This document shows positions 29,801 to 44,800 of a DNA stretch of 64,000 nucleotides, one piece after another; positions within the stretch are counted from its first letter, which is position 1; the number at the start of each line of letters is the position of its first letter. The notes below the pieces were generated by a model. It had not been told where the DNA came from and ran no database searches. It saw nothing but the letters and a program-made list of their open reading frames with translations. Source of the DNA: Elusimicrobiota bacterium (GTDB taxonomy: Bacteria; Elusimicrobiota; Elusimicrobia; UBA1565; JACRDR01); assembly GCA_041694815.1 (NCBI GenBank), contig JBGFSC010000033.1, positions 32,001-96,000 of the forward strand, in the 5' to 3' direction. A program made the translations under genes and the position numbers.

Positions 29801-32800
29801 TTTCGACATCACCGCCACCAACCTTTACCTGGACACCGGCACCTTGAGCTTCACCAACATCGCGGCGGGCAACGCCTGGTTCGACGCCAAGAAAAGCGGA
29901 GGCCATGCCAATTGCAGCGTCAACGGCAGCGCCGGAACCTGGAATTGCAGCTTCAGCGCGGTGCCTGTCGGCGGCTCCTGCGGGGCGCAGGGAGGGCCCG
30001 GCTGCGGCTGGCAGAATGGCCGAGAATACCGCATCGAGGTCTACGGGTTAGACGGGGCCGGCAACTCGACCGGCACGGCGGCCAGCCCGCTGTTTACACG
30101 CTATTTCAAATTCGACGCGGACAATCCCACGATCACGATCGACTATCCGATCGAGGGCGGTCTCTACGGGCTCAACGGGACCAACGACCCGCGCGGAAGC
30201 TCGGGCGATTCCACCAGCGGCGTCGACTATGTCGAATACCGACTGGAGTATCCGGGCTCGGGCGGCCTCACCAAATGGACCAAGGGCGTGACCGGATCCT
30301 GTTCGGGCGGAGCCAAGGGCCCCAACGACTGGTGCGACCAGACCGCCGCGATCTGGAACATCGCCGGCACGACCACGACAGTCCCTTATGCCGTCTGGCA
30401 CGCCTCCGAGGCCACCAACGCCGGCAAATGGGTCAACGGCGAGCAATACGCACTGATCGCGCGCGTCGTCGACAAGGCCGGCAATTTCTCGGTGACTTAC
30501 GCCACCGTCACCTTCAAGCTCGACTCCTCCTCGCCCGTCGCCTCGGTGAGCTTTCCGGGCGCCTCCACCTTCTTTAGCGCCCAAATCGGAGGCGTCAATG
30601 GGTTCGTCCAGGATTATCCGTTGACCACGCGGCAAAGCGGAATCGATCTCATGAAAATCGGCATCCAGCGCTTGGGCGACGGCTTCTGGTGGAATGGGGC
30701 CTCCGGCTGGCAGGCGACCCGCAATGACCCGGCCCAAGCAGTGGTTCAGGGCAGCCCCGGGGAAAACACGGCTTGGAGCCACGCGAACTTCGGAGGGTTC
30801 TGGAGCAATATCACCTGGAGCAGCGAGACCTTCCGCGTCTATGCCTGGGCGCAGGACAAGGTGGATCAGCCGAGCTCCGCCTACCGCAATGTGGAGTCGT
30901 CCCAGACCTTGGATCAGACCTTCTATTATGACGTCATGTCCCCGACTTCCTCGGTCATCGCCCCGATCAACAATCAATGGTACAGCGCCGTCTCCGGCTA
31001 CGACCTCTCTTATATATTGGGCACCGCCACGGATCGTCCGGCCTCGGGGCCGGGCTCGGGAAACACCATCTTCCGGGCCTACGCGGAGATCCGCTATCCT
31101 GACGACGGCGATGCCAACAAATGTTGGGGCGGCACGGCTTTCGACAAGCAATGCTATCAGGACGGAGGCGCCACCTGCGGCTCGGCCGCCTCCAGCTGGC
31201 AAGAAATGACGATCTCGGGCAGCTCCTGGACCTTTCCGGTCCAAGCCGGAGGAGGGGCTTTATGGACCGCCATGACGGACGGCAAGACCTATCAGGTCCG
31301 GGTCTGCTCGCTCGACAACGCCGCCGACAGCACGGGCGCATCGAATTTCAGCAGCCGGAACAAAGAAACGAACTTCACGAGCAACGTCAACGAGAAAAGC
31401 CTGCGCGTCGACAAGTCCGGCCCGAGCTCGCTGATCCAATCCCCGAACCAGGCGGAGGTCTCGATCCTGACGACGATCAGCGGGACCGCCAGCGACGGCA
31501 ATAGCGGGATATTCCATGTCCGGGTGGCGTATTACGGCGAGACGGAAGCCAATTGGTGGAACCCCGTCACCCGGGCCTTCGACCTGGGGGGCGCCTCCTC
31601 CAATCCGCCGGATTCCGCTTTCATCGCCGCCTCCACGCAGACGTTAAACCCTGTTCCTTGGGAGGTCAGCGGAGCTTCCATTCCCGCCATGGTCAACGGC
31701 CAATTCTACCGCATCTTCGCCGCGGGCCAGGACCAGGTCTCGAATACGACCACCTTCCCCGGACATGGGAGCTACACGAATCCGCCGACCCAATCTTCCT
31801 TTATAAGGATCAAGCGCGTCGCCGCCGCCCCGACCTCGGCCATCAATGTTCCCGGAGCCGGAGAGCCCCATTACAAGCCCAGCGGCGGACAGTCGCTGAC
31901 CTCGATCTCCGGCTCGCTCGCCGACGCCACCACCCTGCAGATCCGCCTGACGAACGTGAGCGCCGAACCGGATCAGGTATGGACTGGGGCCTCCTGGGTG
32001 TCCACCGTCACGTATCTGGCCGGCTGCACGAACACGACCTATGTCGTCGGGCAGTCCACCTGCGGTTTCATCGGCGCCGACAATACGACATGGTCGGAAA
32101 GCGTCAGCGCACTGCCTTGGCCCGCGGGAACCAACCGCATCCAATGCGAGGCGCGGGCGGCCACGGAAAGCCCGCTGGTCGTGCAGAACGAGCCCTTCCC
32201 CTCGCGGCTCTTCGTTATCGACGGCGATAATCCCAACAATACCCTGACCGAACCTAACGCGGCCTATGAGAGATGGCTCTCGACGATCACCGGCATCGCT
32301 ACGGACATCGGCTTGGGCGTCATCTCGAACGTGGAAATCGCCCTCTCGACCGCCAGCCAGTCCAGTTATTGGAACGGCTCCGGCTCCTGGGTGGTAGGGC
32401 CGGCGATATGGCTGGGCGCGACGGCAAATTCTCCGCCCTTCGATTCCAATAACGAAGCCTGGTCGCGTTCCTCGGGCCTGCCGGCGTTCGAGAACAACAA
32501 GACCTACGAGATCCAGGTCCGCCTGACGGAGAAATCAGGACGGACATTCCTGTTCCCGCAACCAGGGCCGACCTTCAATTTCACGATCGATACGGCCTCC
32601 CCGACCGCGCGCATCCTCGCCCCGGTCGTCAACTCGGGCATCCGCAGCCTGCCGCAATTATGGGGCACCGCGGCCGATAACGGCCAGAACCAGAGCGTGC
32701 AGATCGCGATCCAGAAGCTTTCGGCGACCCCGCTCTGGTACGACGGCGCGGACTTCCTGGTGCCCGGTTCCAATCCCAACTGGATCTTCATCCAAAACGG

Positions 32801-35800
32801 TATCAACGGCTTTTTGTCCGCGGACGCGACGAGCTGGACCTACGCCCCGGCGGGTGTCGACGGGGATTTCACCGGGGGTTTCGAATATCTGGTGCTGACG
32901 CGCTCGACGGATGTGGCCGGCAATATCCAGGATACCTTCGCCGCGGACGTTTCCTCGCGCGTGATCCGCATCGACAAGAGGGCGCCGGAGTCCTACGGAT
33001 CGTTTCCGGTCGACGATGGCGACGGCGCCAGCGGGCGTTATCGTTCATCGCTGGTCGGGCAGACGGGGAATTCGACCCATATTCGAGGTACGGCCCAGGA
33101 CCCGGCCGAGGGGAGCACCCCGTCCGCCGGCGTATTCGCGACACAGCTCCGTCTCTCGTATTTGAGCGGAGGGACCTCGTACTATTGGACCGGGACCACG
33201 TTCAGCTCCTGGACGGTGACGCAGAATTCCGCCTGGAACAGCGCCCTGGTGACCGGCAGCGCCCCCACTTGGAATTGGGATTACCTCGTCAATATCGACT
33301 TCAACGAGGTCGACGGGGCCGCGCAGCCCGCCGTCGACCGCGAGTACCGGCTCGAGATGCGCTCCGAGGACGCCTCCCGACTGGCCGACGGAAGCGGGGC
33401 CGGCAATGTCGAAACGCCATCCAATCCGCCGGCCGACACCCTCCATTTCATCGTCGACGATTCGACCCCGGCCGTGCTTATCACCACGCCTTCGGCCGCG
33501 GCGCTGGGCTCCTTGAGCGAGATCTCAGGCACGGCCGCCGCCGCCCTTTCGGGCCATCGAAGGACGGAACTCAAGATTTCGACGGGCACCGGGGCTAGCA
33601 CCCGCTACTGGACCGGTTCTACGTGGACCGCCAACGAGCATTGGATCACGACCGCGAGGCTTGGCCAGAGCTCCTGGACCTACACCGTGCCGGCCAACCT
33701 ATTCGACGGCGATCTTCCGCTGACCGAATACACGTTCATCGCGCGTACTCTCGATTACGCGGGCAACTATTCCTCGCTGTACTCGACCAAGACCCTGGTC
33801 CATGACGACGTCGCTCCCTATGCGGCCGTCGGATTTCCCATCTCGGGAGGCTTCTACAACGCCGCCGGGATCGTGACGAGCTCTGGCAGCGTCTCGGACA
33901 GCGCCGCCGGGAATACGGGAATCACCGATGTTCGGATCGTTTTAAAACGCGTCGACCCGCCGGTCGGATATTGGAAACAATCGGATAATACCTTTCCGCC
34001 CGGCATCCAGCGATCGACGGTCAATATTTTCACTAGCTCGTGGACCGTCGCGATGCCTGCGCTATTTAGCAACGTCAGCTACCGTATGTGGGTGGAGGCC
34101 ACCGACGGCGCGGGGAACATCTACTGGGCCAACGCGAACGCCTCGCAGGCCGCGGCCGACACGGACATCGGCAATAATGTCGGGGGGGTGCCCTTCCTCT
34201 ACGATAACGATGTCCCGCTATCGGTCACGACCTCTCCCGCCAACAACGCCTTAATCCGCTCGCAGCTCTCGGCAATCGCCGGAACGAGCATCGACGGCCT
34301 GGGCTCCTCGGGACTGTCGACCTCCGCCGGAGACCAGTTCCGCTTCCGCCTGCTGCGCAGCTCCGGCCCCCCGGGAAATTACCAATATTGGCAGGGAGGG
34401 GCTTCTTGGGGCAGCGTGGCCGATTTCTTCATCACCCCCGTTGAGATTGACGCCGCGAACAAGAAATTTTCGTGGATCCAGGCACTTCCCGCCGGGGCCT
34501 TCCTGGATGACGGGCGCGAATATAAAACCCGGATCCGCGCCCGGGACCAGGCCAACAATACGGAATCGGAGAAGGAATACCGCTTCATCTTCGACAGCTC
34601 CGTACCGGACAGCAAGATTACCTCCCCCGCGCACGATTCCTTTATCAATGCCACCGCCTTCACGATCTCCGGCACGGCCGATGATCGCATCAATTACGGC
34701 CAGGGGCAGGATTTCGAGGCCGGTTTGGCCGTCAACGGGGCCTCCGTGGCCGTGCAGCGATTGAGCGACAATCAATGGTGGAGCGGTACCGCTTTCAATC
34801 AAAGCTCCCCTTTCTGGAGTTCCGCTACCTTTGTCGGCGCTTCCTCGGGGACCTTCAGCTACGCGATCACCCTCACGGCCGATACCAGCTATTACGTGGT
34901 CGCCAGGGCATTGGACCTGGCGGGCAATCTCGAAACGGATCTAAGCACCAACACCTTCACCGTCGACCTCCAGAACCCCACCTCCCGGTCGACCTCTCCG
35001 ACCGGGACGCTCAACCAAATGACGGCCATCTACGGCACGGCGAGCGACCTGCTGCCGGGCCAGCTCGACGGGATTCTCCTTAACATCGTCCAGACGGCCG
35101 GGACTGGCTCGCCTCAGACCTGGACGGACACGGGCTGGACGGCGGGGGACTCGAGCATCTGGGTGGGCACCGGCACGATCGGCGCGCTCATCACCGGAAC
35201 CACCTACGCCTGGAGCTTCTCCGGCAGCACGATCGCCTGGCTCGCCGATTCCAGCTATAAGGTAAGCACCCGCGCCCGGGACAAGGCCGGCAATTACCGC
35301 CCGATTCCCGGCAGTCCGGATATCACCTTCTCGCTCGCCGGGCCCTTATCCGGCATCACCACTCCGAGCAACGGCGCCCCGCATTTCAAGTCGGCGGCCC
35401 TGACCTCGATACTGGGCACGGCGATCAATTCCTCGACCGCCGCCGTGCGCCTGACCCAGGCCGGCCCGGACCATGCCTTCGCGGTGGGCAACGACGATCT
35501 GGCCTGGCATAGCGGCTTGGGCTGGGTGTCGACCAACACCTTCAACGGCTACATCGGCGTGACCAGCTACAACGGCGCCCCCGACCCGGACACCTGGAGC
35601 TATTCCTTCTTGGCCGCCAACTGGCAGAACAATCGCAAGTACAAGGCCGAGTCCATAGGCCGCACCCTATCGCCCGCCGTGGACCAGAGCGTGTTCACGG
35701 GAGCGGAGACCCGCGAGTTCATCATCGACGATTCCGCGCCTTCGGCGGCCGTCACCCTGCCCAGCGCGCTCTATTACCGAGCCGGGCAATTGCCGAATTT

Positions 35801-38800
35801 CACCGGCACGATCACGGATACGGTCCCCGGAGCGGCCAATTCGGCCAGCGTGCGCTTTAGGCTCTTGCGCATGAAGGATAGCTACGAGTGGAACGGTTCG
35901 ACCTTCGCGGCCTCCGGCATCGACCTCGTCCCGACCGATCAGGGCGGGGGCAATTACAGCTTCGCCAACTCCACCGGCGACGCGGTGTTCGAGGACGGCC
36001 TTCTCTACAAGGTGCGCATCACCGCCCAGGACCTGGCGACGAACCAGACGGTGGTCGAGCAGCCCTCTCCCAACGGGTTCCGCTTCGACGTGTCCAAGCC
36101 CACGGCGACGATCAGCGTCCCCAAGGCAGGGTATGTCATCAATAGCCTGCCGCAGCTCAGCGGCACGGCGGCCGATTTCATGTCCGGTTCGGGCAATTAT
36201 CAGGGCTCCGGGGTGTCCGGCGTGAATGTCTACCTGCAGAACCTGGCCAACGGCAGCTATTTCAACGGCTCGGGCTTTTTGAGCGCGACGCCGGTGCCCT
36301 TGGCGGCCTCCTTCTACGCGCCGAGCGGCACCTGGACCTATACCTCGGGATCGCTGGAGTCCTCGCTGACCGACGGGCTCTACAGCCTCTACGTCGAGGC
36401 CGCCGATAACGCGGGCAATGTCCAGGTGAATTTCACCGCCAACAACTCCTCGAGGACCTTCGCCATCGACAAGACGGCGCCGAGTAGGGCCATCACGACT
36501 CCCGTGTCCCAGGCCTATACCCCCGCGGCGATATTTTCCGCCAATGTCACGGGCACGAACACCGATTCCGTGGTCAACAGCACGGCGGCCGGGGCGGATT
36601 TCGTCGAATTGCAATTGTGGTATGTCGTCGGGGTCAGCAGCTATTACTGGAGCGGCTCCTGGAGCACGACGATCAGCACGCTGCAGGCCTCCGGCGCCTC
36701 CTGGAGCCTTCTGGCCCAGCAGCCGCCTCAGACCGGAGCCAACAGTTGGGCCCGCGGCGCCGACGCGGTGGATACCGAGCGGCGCTATTACGTTCGAGTG
36801 CGGGCGCATGACAAATCCACCCTCGGAGACGGTTCGGTGAGTCCTTCTACGGGTAATGTAAGCAGCTGGAGCTCGCCGCTGGGATTCATCGTCGACCCGA
36901 TCCTGCCTGTCTCCTCGGTGACGACGCCTTCCAACGGCAGCTTCGCCAGCGCCCTGCCCTCGATCTCGGGCACGGCCGACGGGGGGCTTTCGGGTCTCGG
37001 TTCCCCCGGCGGGGTGGTGGTCCGCATCACGACCAACCCGAGCACCGGCCCGGACTGGAACGGAAGCGCGTATTCGTTCACGGGGGTGCCGATATTCCGT
37101 TCCGTGACGGTCACGGGCAACAGCTGGTCGTATCCGGGATCTACGGGAGACAATTTGACGGGGGCCTTCCAGGACCATAACGTCTACTACGTCTATTCGA
37201 AGGCCACCGACGGCGCCGGAAATCCCGAGTCAGGCATGTTCGTTTCCACCGTCACCATCGACGCCTCGGCGCCGAGCTTGTCGATCAGCCATCCGAGCAC
37301 TCCGCCGAACCCGCCCTTCTATTCGAACAACACCGAATCGACGCGCAAGAGCACCTATACCTGGGGCGCAATTTCGGACCCCGCTCCCGTGCCTTCCGGC
37401 GTCACGCAGGTCTGGGTGGCGATTGCCTCCGGCTCCTCGCTCAATGTTTGGTGGAGCACGACGACCAACAGCTTCAGCGTCAATCAAACCGCCGTCCACT
37501 GGTCGACGCAGGTATACGTGCCCGGCGCCGCGCGCTGGGAATATTATCCGCCCTGGACGCTTTCGGACCAGATCAGCTACAAGGTCTTCGTCCGGGCCAG
37601 CGATGGGGCAGGCAACTGGACGGGCAACATCGTCAATCCCGGCGATGCCGGAGAGCTCTCGCAGCAGTTCAAGTACGACATACTCCGCCCCACGGGCACG
37701 GTGAGCGGTCCGGCCAACGGGAGCAACGTCAAATCCTTGGCCGCCTTCTCGGGCAGCGCGGCCGACCCCGGCGGCAGCGCGGGCTCGGGCATCCAGATCG
37801 TCTATGCCGGCGTGAAGAAGACCTCGGTGATCCCGAACGAATGGTGGAACTGGGGCACGAAGCAATTCGATTCCGGGCTCAGCGATCCTCCGGCCCTCTC
37901 CCCTTTAAGCGCGGCCTGGACCCAGGTGGCGACCACCAGCGCCCAAGGCTTCAATTCCGTCGGCTGGTCGACGCCGGTGCCGGTGAATATGCTGGTGAGC
38001 TCCAACACCTACCAGGTGGTGGTGGCGGCCGTGGACTGGGCGACGAATCGCCCGCCGGACGCTGAGCCGACGCTCTCGGGAGCCGGCGCGAATTTCCGCT
38101 ACGACACCCAGGCCCCGGTGGTGGCGGCCACCTTTCCGGTCAGCGGGCTGGCCTATAACGCGGCGAGCCTGACTCCTCTCGCCGGCACGGCGGCGGACAA
38201 CACGACGGGCAATTCCGGAGTGCAGAGCGTCCAGATCTTGCTTAAGAACAGCGTGACCAACTCCTATTGGAGCGGCAGCGGCAATATCTTCGATGCCCCG
38301 CCTTCCGGCTATTCCAATTGGGTAACGATGAGCGGCAAGGAAACCTGGAGCCGCTCCTGGCCGTCGCTCGACAGCAACGTCAAATACATCCTGTGGGTGC
38401 GGGGCAGCGATAACGCTGTCAACATCTCGACCTACCCGGCCTACCCGGCCGATCAGGGCCGGCTCGACGCCAACCAGAACATCGACGGCAGCGTGGCGAT
38501 CAACTTCATCTACGACACCGACCCGCCGGTGTCCAAGATGACCTCGCCCCAGCCGGGGGCCTATATCCAGAACCCGGCCGTTTTGGCGACCGTCTCCGGC
38601 ACGGCCTATTCAGACGTCGCCAACGTTTCGGGAGCCTCCTATGTCGACCAGGTGCGGCTCAATCTGTATTGCTCGGGCTGCGCGGCGGGCGATGTGCCGG
38701 GCTGGTGGACGGGAGGCGGTTGGAGCACGACGCAGCCCGATCCGCCGCAATTCGCCGCCTCCGGACCGCCTGGCAGCCCCTCGGTCAACTGGAGCTTTAG

Positions 38801-41800
38801 CTTCTCGAACAGTTGGGCTGAGGGCTACCAGTACATCGTCTACTCCCGCGCCCGGGATTTCGCCACGAACCTGGAGTCGCCCCAGGCCCAGGGCGGCTTC
38901 ATCGTGGACCTGAGCACTCCTTCGGCGAGCCTCGTCTCTCCCGCCAATAATGTCTTCTACGTGAGCGTCAGCTCGGTCACGGGGTCGGCCGACGACCGCT
39001 TCTGCACCTTCAACCCGGCTTTGTGCGTCGTCAACAACCGCGACAAGCAGGCCGGCATCGCCGGCTCCAGCGTCACCGTGGTGATCCAGCGCCTGAGCGA
39101 CTACAAATACTGGAGCGGTACCGCCTTCGACTCCACCGTGCCCGTCTGGTCCTCGGCCAATTTCGTCGGGATGTCCAGCGGAACCTGGAGCTACTCGATC
39201 AACCCGAGCTTCCTGGTCGACGGATCGAGCTTCGCGGTGACGGCGCGGGCCAAGGACCAGGCGGGCAATCTGCAGCTTTCCTATAGCACGAATGTCTTCA
39301 CCATCGACTCGCAAGCCCCGACTTCGATGGCTACGGCGCCGGCTACGACGGTCGATGTGATGACTCCCATCTACGGCACGGCCAGCGACCCCGCCATCGG
39401 AGTGCTCGATGGCGTGCTGCTCAACATCGTGCAAACGGTGGGCAACGGCTCGCCTCAGACCTGGACGGACACGGGCTGGGTCGCCGGGAACTCGAGCATC
39501 TGGGTGGGCACCGGCACGATCGGCGCGCTCATCACCGGAACCACCTACGCCTGGAGCTTCTCCGGCAGCACGATTACCTGGCTGTCGAACTCCACCTATC
39601 AGATCAAGACCCGCGCCCGGGACAAGGCCGGAAATTACCGTCCCGTTCCCGGCAGCGCGGACCTGAGCTTCTCCATCTCCGGCCCGCTTTCGGGCATCAC
39701 CACTCCGAGCAACGGCGCCCCGCATTTCAAGTCGGCGGCCCTGACCTCGATACTGGGCACGGCGATCAATTCCTCGACCGCCGCCGTGCGCCTGACCCAG
39801 GCCGGCCCGGACCATGCCTTCGCGGTGGGCAACGACGATCTGGCCTGGCATAGCGGCTTGGGCTGGGTGTCGACCAACACCTTCAACGGCTACATCGGCG
39901 TGACCAGCTACAACGGCGCCCCCGACCCGGACACCTGGAGCTATTCCTTCTTGGCCGCCAACTGGCAGAACAATCGCAAGTACAAGGCCGAGTCCATAGG
40001 CCGCACCCTATCGCCCGCCGTGGACCAGAGCGTGTTCACGGGAGCGGAGACCCGCGAGTTCATCATCGACGATTCCGCGCCTTCGGCGGCCGTCACCCTG
40101 CCCAGCGCGCTCTATTACCGAGCCGGGCAATTGCCGAATTTCACCGGCACGATCACGGATACGGTCCCCGGAGCGGCCAATTCGGCCAGCGTGCGCTTTA
40201 GGCTCTTGCGCATGAAGGATAGCTACGAGTGGAACGGTTCGACCTTCGCGGCCTCCGGCATCGACCTCGTCCCGACCGATCAGGGCGGGGGCAATTACAG
40301 CTTCGCCAACTCCACCGGCGACGCGGTGTTCGAGGACGGCCTTCTCTACAAGGTGCGCATCACCGCCCAGGACCTGGCGACGAACCAGACGGTGGTCGAG
40401 CAGCCCTCTCCCAACGGGTTCCGCTTCGACGTGTCCAAGCCCACGGCGACGATCAGCGTCCCCAAGGCAGGGTATGTCATCAATAGCCTGCCGCAGCTCA
40501 GCGGCACGGCGGCCGATTTCATGTCCGGTTCGGGCAATTATCAGGGCTCCGGGGTGTCCGGCGTGAATGTCTACCTGCAGAACCTGGCCAACGGCAGCTA
40601 TTTCAACGGCTCGGGCTTTTTGAGCGCGACGCCGGTGCCCTTGGCGGCCTCCTTCTACGCGCCGAGCGGCACCTGGACCTATACCTCGGGATCGCTGGAG
40701 TCCTCGCTGACCGACGGGCTCTACAGCCTCTACGTCGAGGCCGCCGATAACGCGGGCAATGTCCAGGTGAATTTCACCGCCAACAACTCCTCGAGGACCT
40801 TCGCCATCGACAAGACGGCGCCGAGTAGGGCCATCACGACTCCCGTGTCCCAGGCCTATACCCCCGCGGCGATATTTTCCGCCAATGTCACGGGCACGAA
40901 CACCGATTCCGTGGTCAACAGCACGGCGGCCGGGGCGGATTTCGTCGAATTGCAATTGTGGTATGTCGTCGGGGTCAGCAGCTATTACTGGAGCGGCTCC
41001 TGGAGCACGACGATCAGCACGCTGCAGGCCTCCGGCGCCTCCTGGAGCCTTCTGGCCCAGCAGCCGCCTCAGACCGGAGCCAACAGTTGGGCCCGCGGCG
41101 CCGACGCGGTGGATACCGAGCGGCGCTATTACGTTCGAGTGCGGGCGCATGACAAATCCACCCTCGGAGACGGTTCGGTGAGTCCTTCTACGGGTAATGT
41201 AAGCAGCTGGAGCTCGCCGCTGGGATTCATCGTCGACCCGATCCTGCCTGTCTCCTCGGTGACGACGCCTTCCAACGGCAGCTTCGCCAGCGCCCTGCCC
41301 TCGATCTCGGGCACGGCCGACGGGGGGCTTTCGGGTCTCGGTTCCCCCGGCGGGGTGGTGGTCCGCATCACGACCAACCCGAGCACCGGCCCGGACTGGA
41401 ACGGAAGCGCGTATTCGTTCACGGGGGTGCCGATATTCCGTTCCGTGACGGTCACGGGCAACAGCTGGTCGTATCCGGGATCTACGGGAGACAATTTGAC
41501 GGGGACCTTCCAGGACAACAACATCTACTACGTCTATTCGAAGGCCACCGACGCCGCTGGCAACCCCGAGGCCGGGATGTTCGTTTCCACCGTCACCATC
41601 GACGCCTCCGCCCCGACGGCGGCCATCCATCGGCCGGCGGCTCCCGCAGGCTCCCCGTATTCCAACGTCTCCGTTTCCACGCGAAAAATACTGTTGAGCT
41701 CGGGCGCGGTGAGCGACAACGGAGCCGGGGCCTCCGGCGTTTCCGTGGTTTGGCTGGCCATCTCCTCGGGCTCGGGAGCCTCGGCGAAATGGTGGAGCGA

Positions 41801-44800
41801 CGGGACGCAGAGCTTCAGCGTGGGGCCGCAGCTCGCCGTCTCCTGGTCGACGCAGGTCTACCAGGGAGGGAGCTCCTGGAGCTACGGGCCCGCTTCCTTC
41901 GCTTCCGCCTTCCAGAACGGAAATTACTACACGGTGTTTCTCCGCGCCCAGGACAAGGTCGGCAATTGGACCGGCAATATCGTCAATCCAGGGGACGCCG
42001 GGCAGATATCGCAGCAGTTCCTCTATGACGACGTAGTCCCGGCCACCACCATCCAAGCCCCCTGGGGCGCCTTCATGAACAGCAGCACCACCACGCTGTG
42101 GGGTACGGCCGCGGATGTCGGGCTGGTGAACTCCGACGTGTTGGACGTCAAGTTGGCCGTGCGCCAGGGCGCGGCCTGGTGGAATTTCCAGACTAACGCG
42201 GGCTTCAACGTAGCCGACCCTTCCGACATCAATGGAGCCGCCTGGAGCACGACAACGGTGACGAGCTTGGGCGGCGGGCAGTGGAAATGGCAGCTTCCCT
42301 TCTCGACGGCCAATTACACCAGCGGCACGAGTTATCAGATCGTCGCGCGCGGCAAGGATAAGGCCACCAATATCACGATCGGCGCGCCGCCCACGAGCGA
42401 GGGTACGACCTTCCTCTACGATAACGGGGCGCCCCTAATCAATTCCACCTTCCCCGCCAACGCGCAGGCCTACAATGCCGCGCGGCTCGAGCCCCTGGCG
42501 GGCACCGCCAGCGACGCGAGCACGGGCAACTCGGGAGTGCAGACGGTGCGCATACTGCTCAAGAATAAGAACTTGAACAGCTATTGGAGCGGCTCCGGCA
42601 GCACCTTCGATTCCCCGCCGGGCGGCTACTCTAATTGGGTCACGATGACCGGGACTGGCACCTGGAGCCGGGCCTTGCCGACGTTGAGCGACAACCAGCA
42701 GTACGTTCTCTGGATGCGGGCCCATGATTTCGCGACGAACGTGTCCACCTATCCGGCCTATCCCGCTGATCAAGCGCGTCTCGACTCGAACCAAAGCATG
42801 GACGGCTCGGCCGCTCTGACCTTCACCTACGACAATTCGCTGCCGGTGTCCAAGCTCACCAGCCCCAAGCCGGGCTCGGCGGTGGCCAATACCGGGGCCG
42901 TCGCGACGATCTCCGGCACGGCGTATACCGACGCGCCGAACACGATCACCGGTTCCGTGGTGGACCAGGTGCTCATCAATCTGCATTGCTCGGGCTGCGC
43001 GACCGGCAATGTTCCCGGCTGGTGGAACGGCGCCTCCTGGGATAGCGGCGCAGAGCCCAACCCGCCTCTATTCGGCGCGGCCCTGGCCTTGCCGAACTGG
43101 TCCTACTCGGCCTTCCCGTCCGGCATCTGGCTCGACGGCTACCGTTACACGATCTATTCGCGCGCCAGGGACGCGGCGCAGAACCTCGAATCGCCGGAAG
43201 CCGCCGGGGCCTTCGTCGTCGACCGCAGCACGCCGCTGTCGAAACCGGATTTTCCCGCCGACAACGGATTCACCAACGCCTCGGCGGTCACGCTGACCGG
43301 GACGGCCAACGACCGCTTCTGCGAGATCAATCCCGGGCTCTGCATCAACGGGGTCCGGAGTTTCGAGGCGGGAGTCGCCACGGTCAGCGTGCTGGTGCAG
43401 CAGATGGACGGAATCAATAACTACTTCTGGGACGGCGGCTCCTTCGCCTCGGCGGCGCCGGTGTGGTCGACGGCGCCATTCGTCGGGATGTCGAGCGGGA
43501 CTTGGAGCTACGCCCTGCCCGCCGCGCAACTCTCCACCCCGATGCGCTACAAGGCCAGCGTGCGGGTCGAGGACAAGGCCGGCAATATCCAGACCTCGGC
43601 GGTCATCACCACCAACACCTGGGTGCGCGACCTGACGCCCCCCGTGTCCATCGCCACGGCTCCCGCGGGCCAGTTCAGCGGGGTCTCCTCGATACATGGG
43701 ACCGCGCGCGACGCCTCGCCCGGAGAACTGGATGTGGTTCTCCTGTCCATCCAAGAGACCGCCTGCAGCAATCCCAGCGGCAACTGCCACGTCAACCAAT
43801 ACTGGAACGGCAGCACCTGGACCGTGGGCCAGGTCTGGCTGGCCTCGGGCACCATCGGCAGCCTGATCTCCGGCACGACATATGCCTGGACGATGAACGC
43901 CTCGAGCATCTTGTGGGACAACAAATCCACGTTTACCGTGATCGCGGCCGCCCGGGACAAGGCGGGGGTGGTGGAGGCCACGCATAGCAGCCCCGACATC
44001 ACCTTCTATATCGAGACCCCGGAGGCGACCATCGCCTTGAACCAGCCCCCGAGCCCGGGCGGCGCCTCCTACCAATCGAACGCCGCCACCGTCATCCAGA
44101 TCAACGGCACCGGGACGAATATGAAGCTCAGCGGAGGCGTCCAGCTGCACCTCAAACGCCTGAGCGAACCGACCAGCTACTGGTACGACCTTAGCCAGCG
44201 ATGGGTCAACGACGCCTCCACCTACACCCCGGTCAACGTGATCGACGGCAGCCCGCAGACCTGGAATTACTCGCTTAACTTCCCCTATTCGGTGAACAAC
44301 TCTTCCTACATCCTGACGGTGACCCCCGTCAACAACGCCAATCAAGCGGGCAGCGGACCCAAGACGGCCCTCTTCTACATCGATAATAGCGCCCCTGTCA
44401 GCGCCGTCACCAGCCCCTCGGGACCGAGCTGCGGCGGGGCCAACGGCTGCCTCAATACCTTCGCGGTCTCCATCGCCGGCAATTCCAGCGACCCGGGCAA
44501 TATCAATCCATTGCCCACCATCGTTCAGAGCGGGGTGAAGCTCCGCGTCAAGAATAACGTCACTGGAGACTATTGGAACGGCGCCAATTTCGTGGGCAGC
44601 GTCAGCGAGATCGGCGTGGGGCCCTTGAGCGGCGGACCTCCGACCTTCTCCTGGAGCACGGGTCCTTATATCGGCGGATTGCGCGACGGGGTAGACTACA
44701 CGATCTACGCCCACGCGCAGGACACCGCCGGCAACGACACGGTGTCCGAAGGGCAGATGACCTCCTTCAGCTTCGTCTATGACACCAGCCCTCCGACCGG

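Noticed and set aside
35352..41504. Diversity-generating retroelement TR/VR pair or IS copies
   Set aside because: Copies are long, in frame and apparently identical, with no adenine-specific mismatches; no reverse transcriptase or transposase in the window
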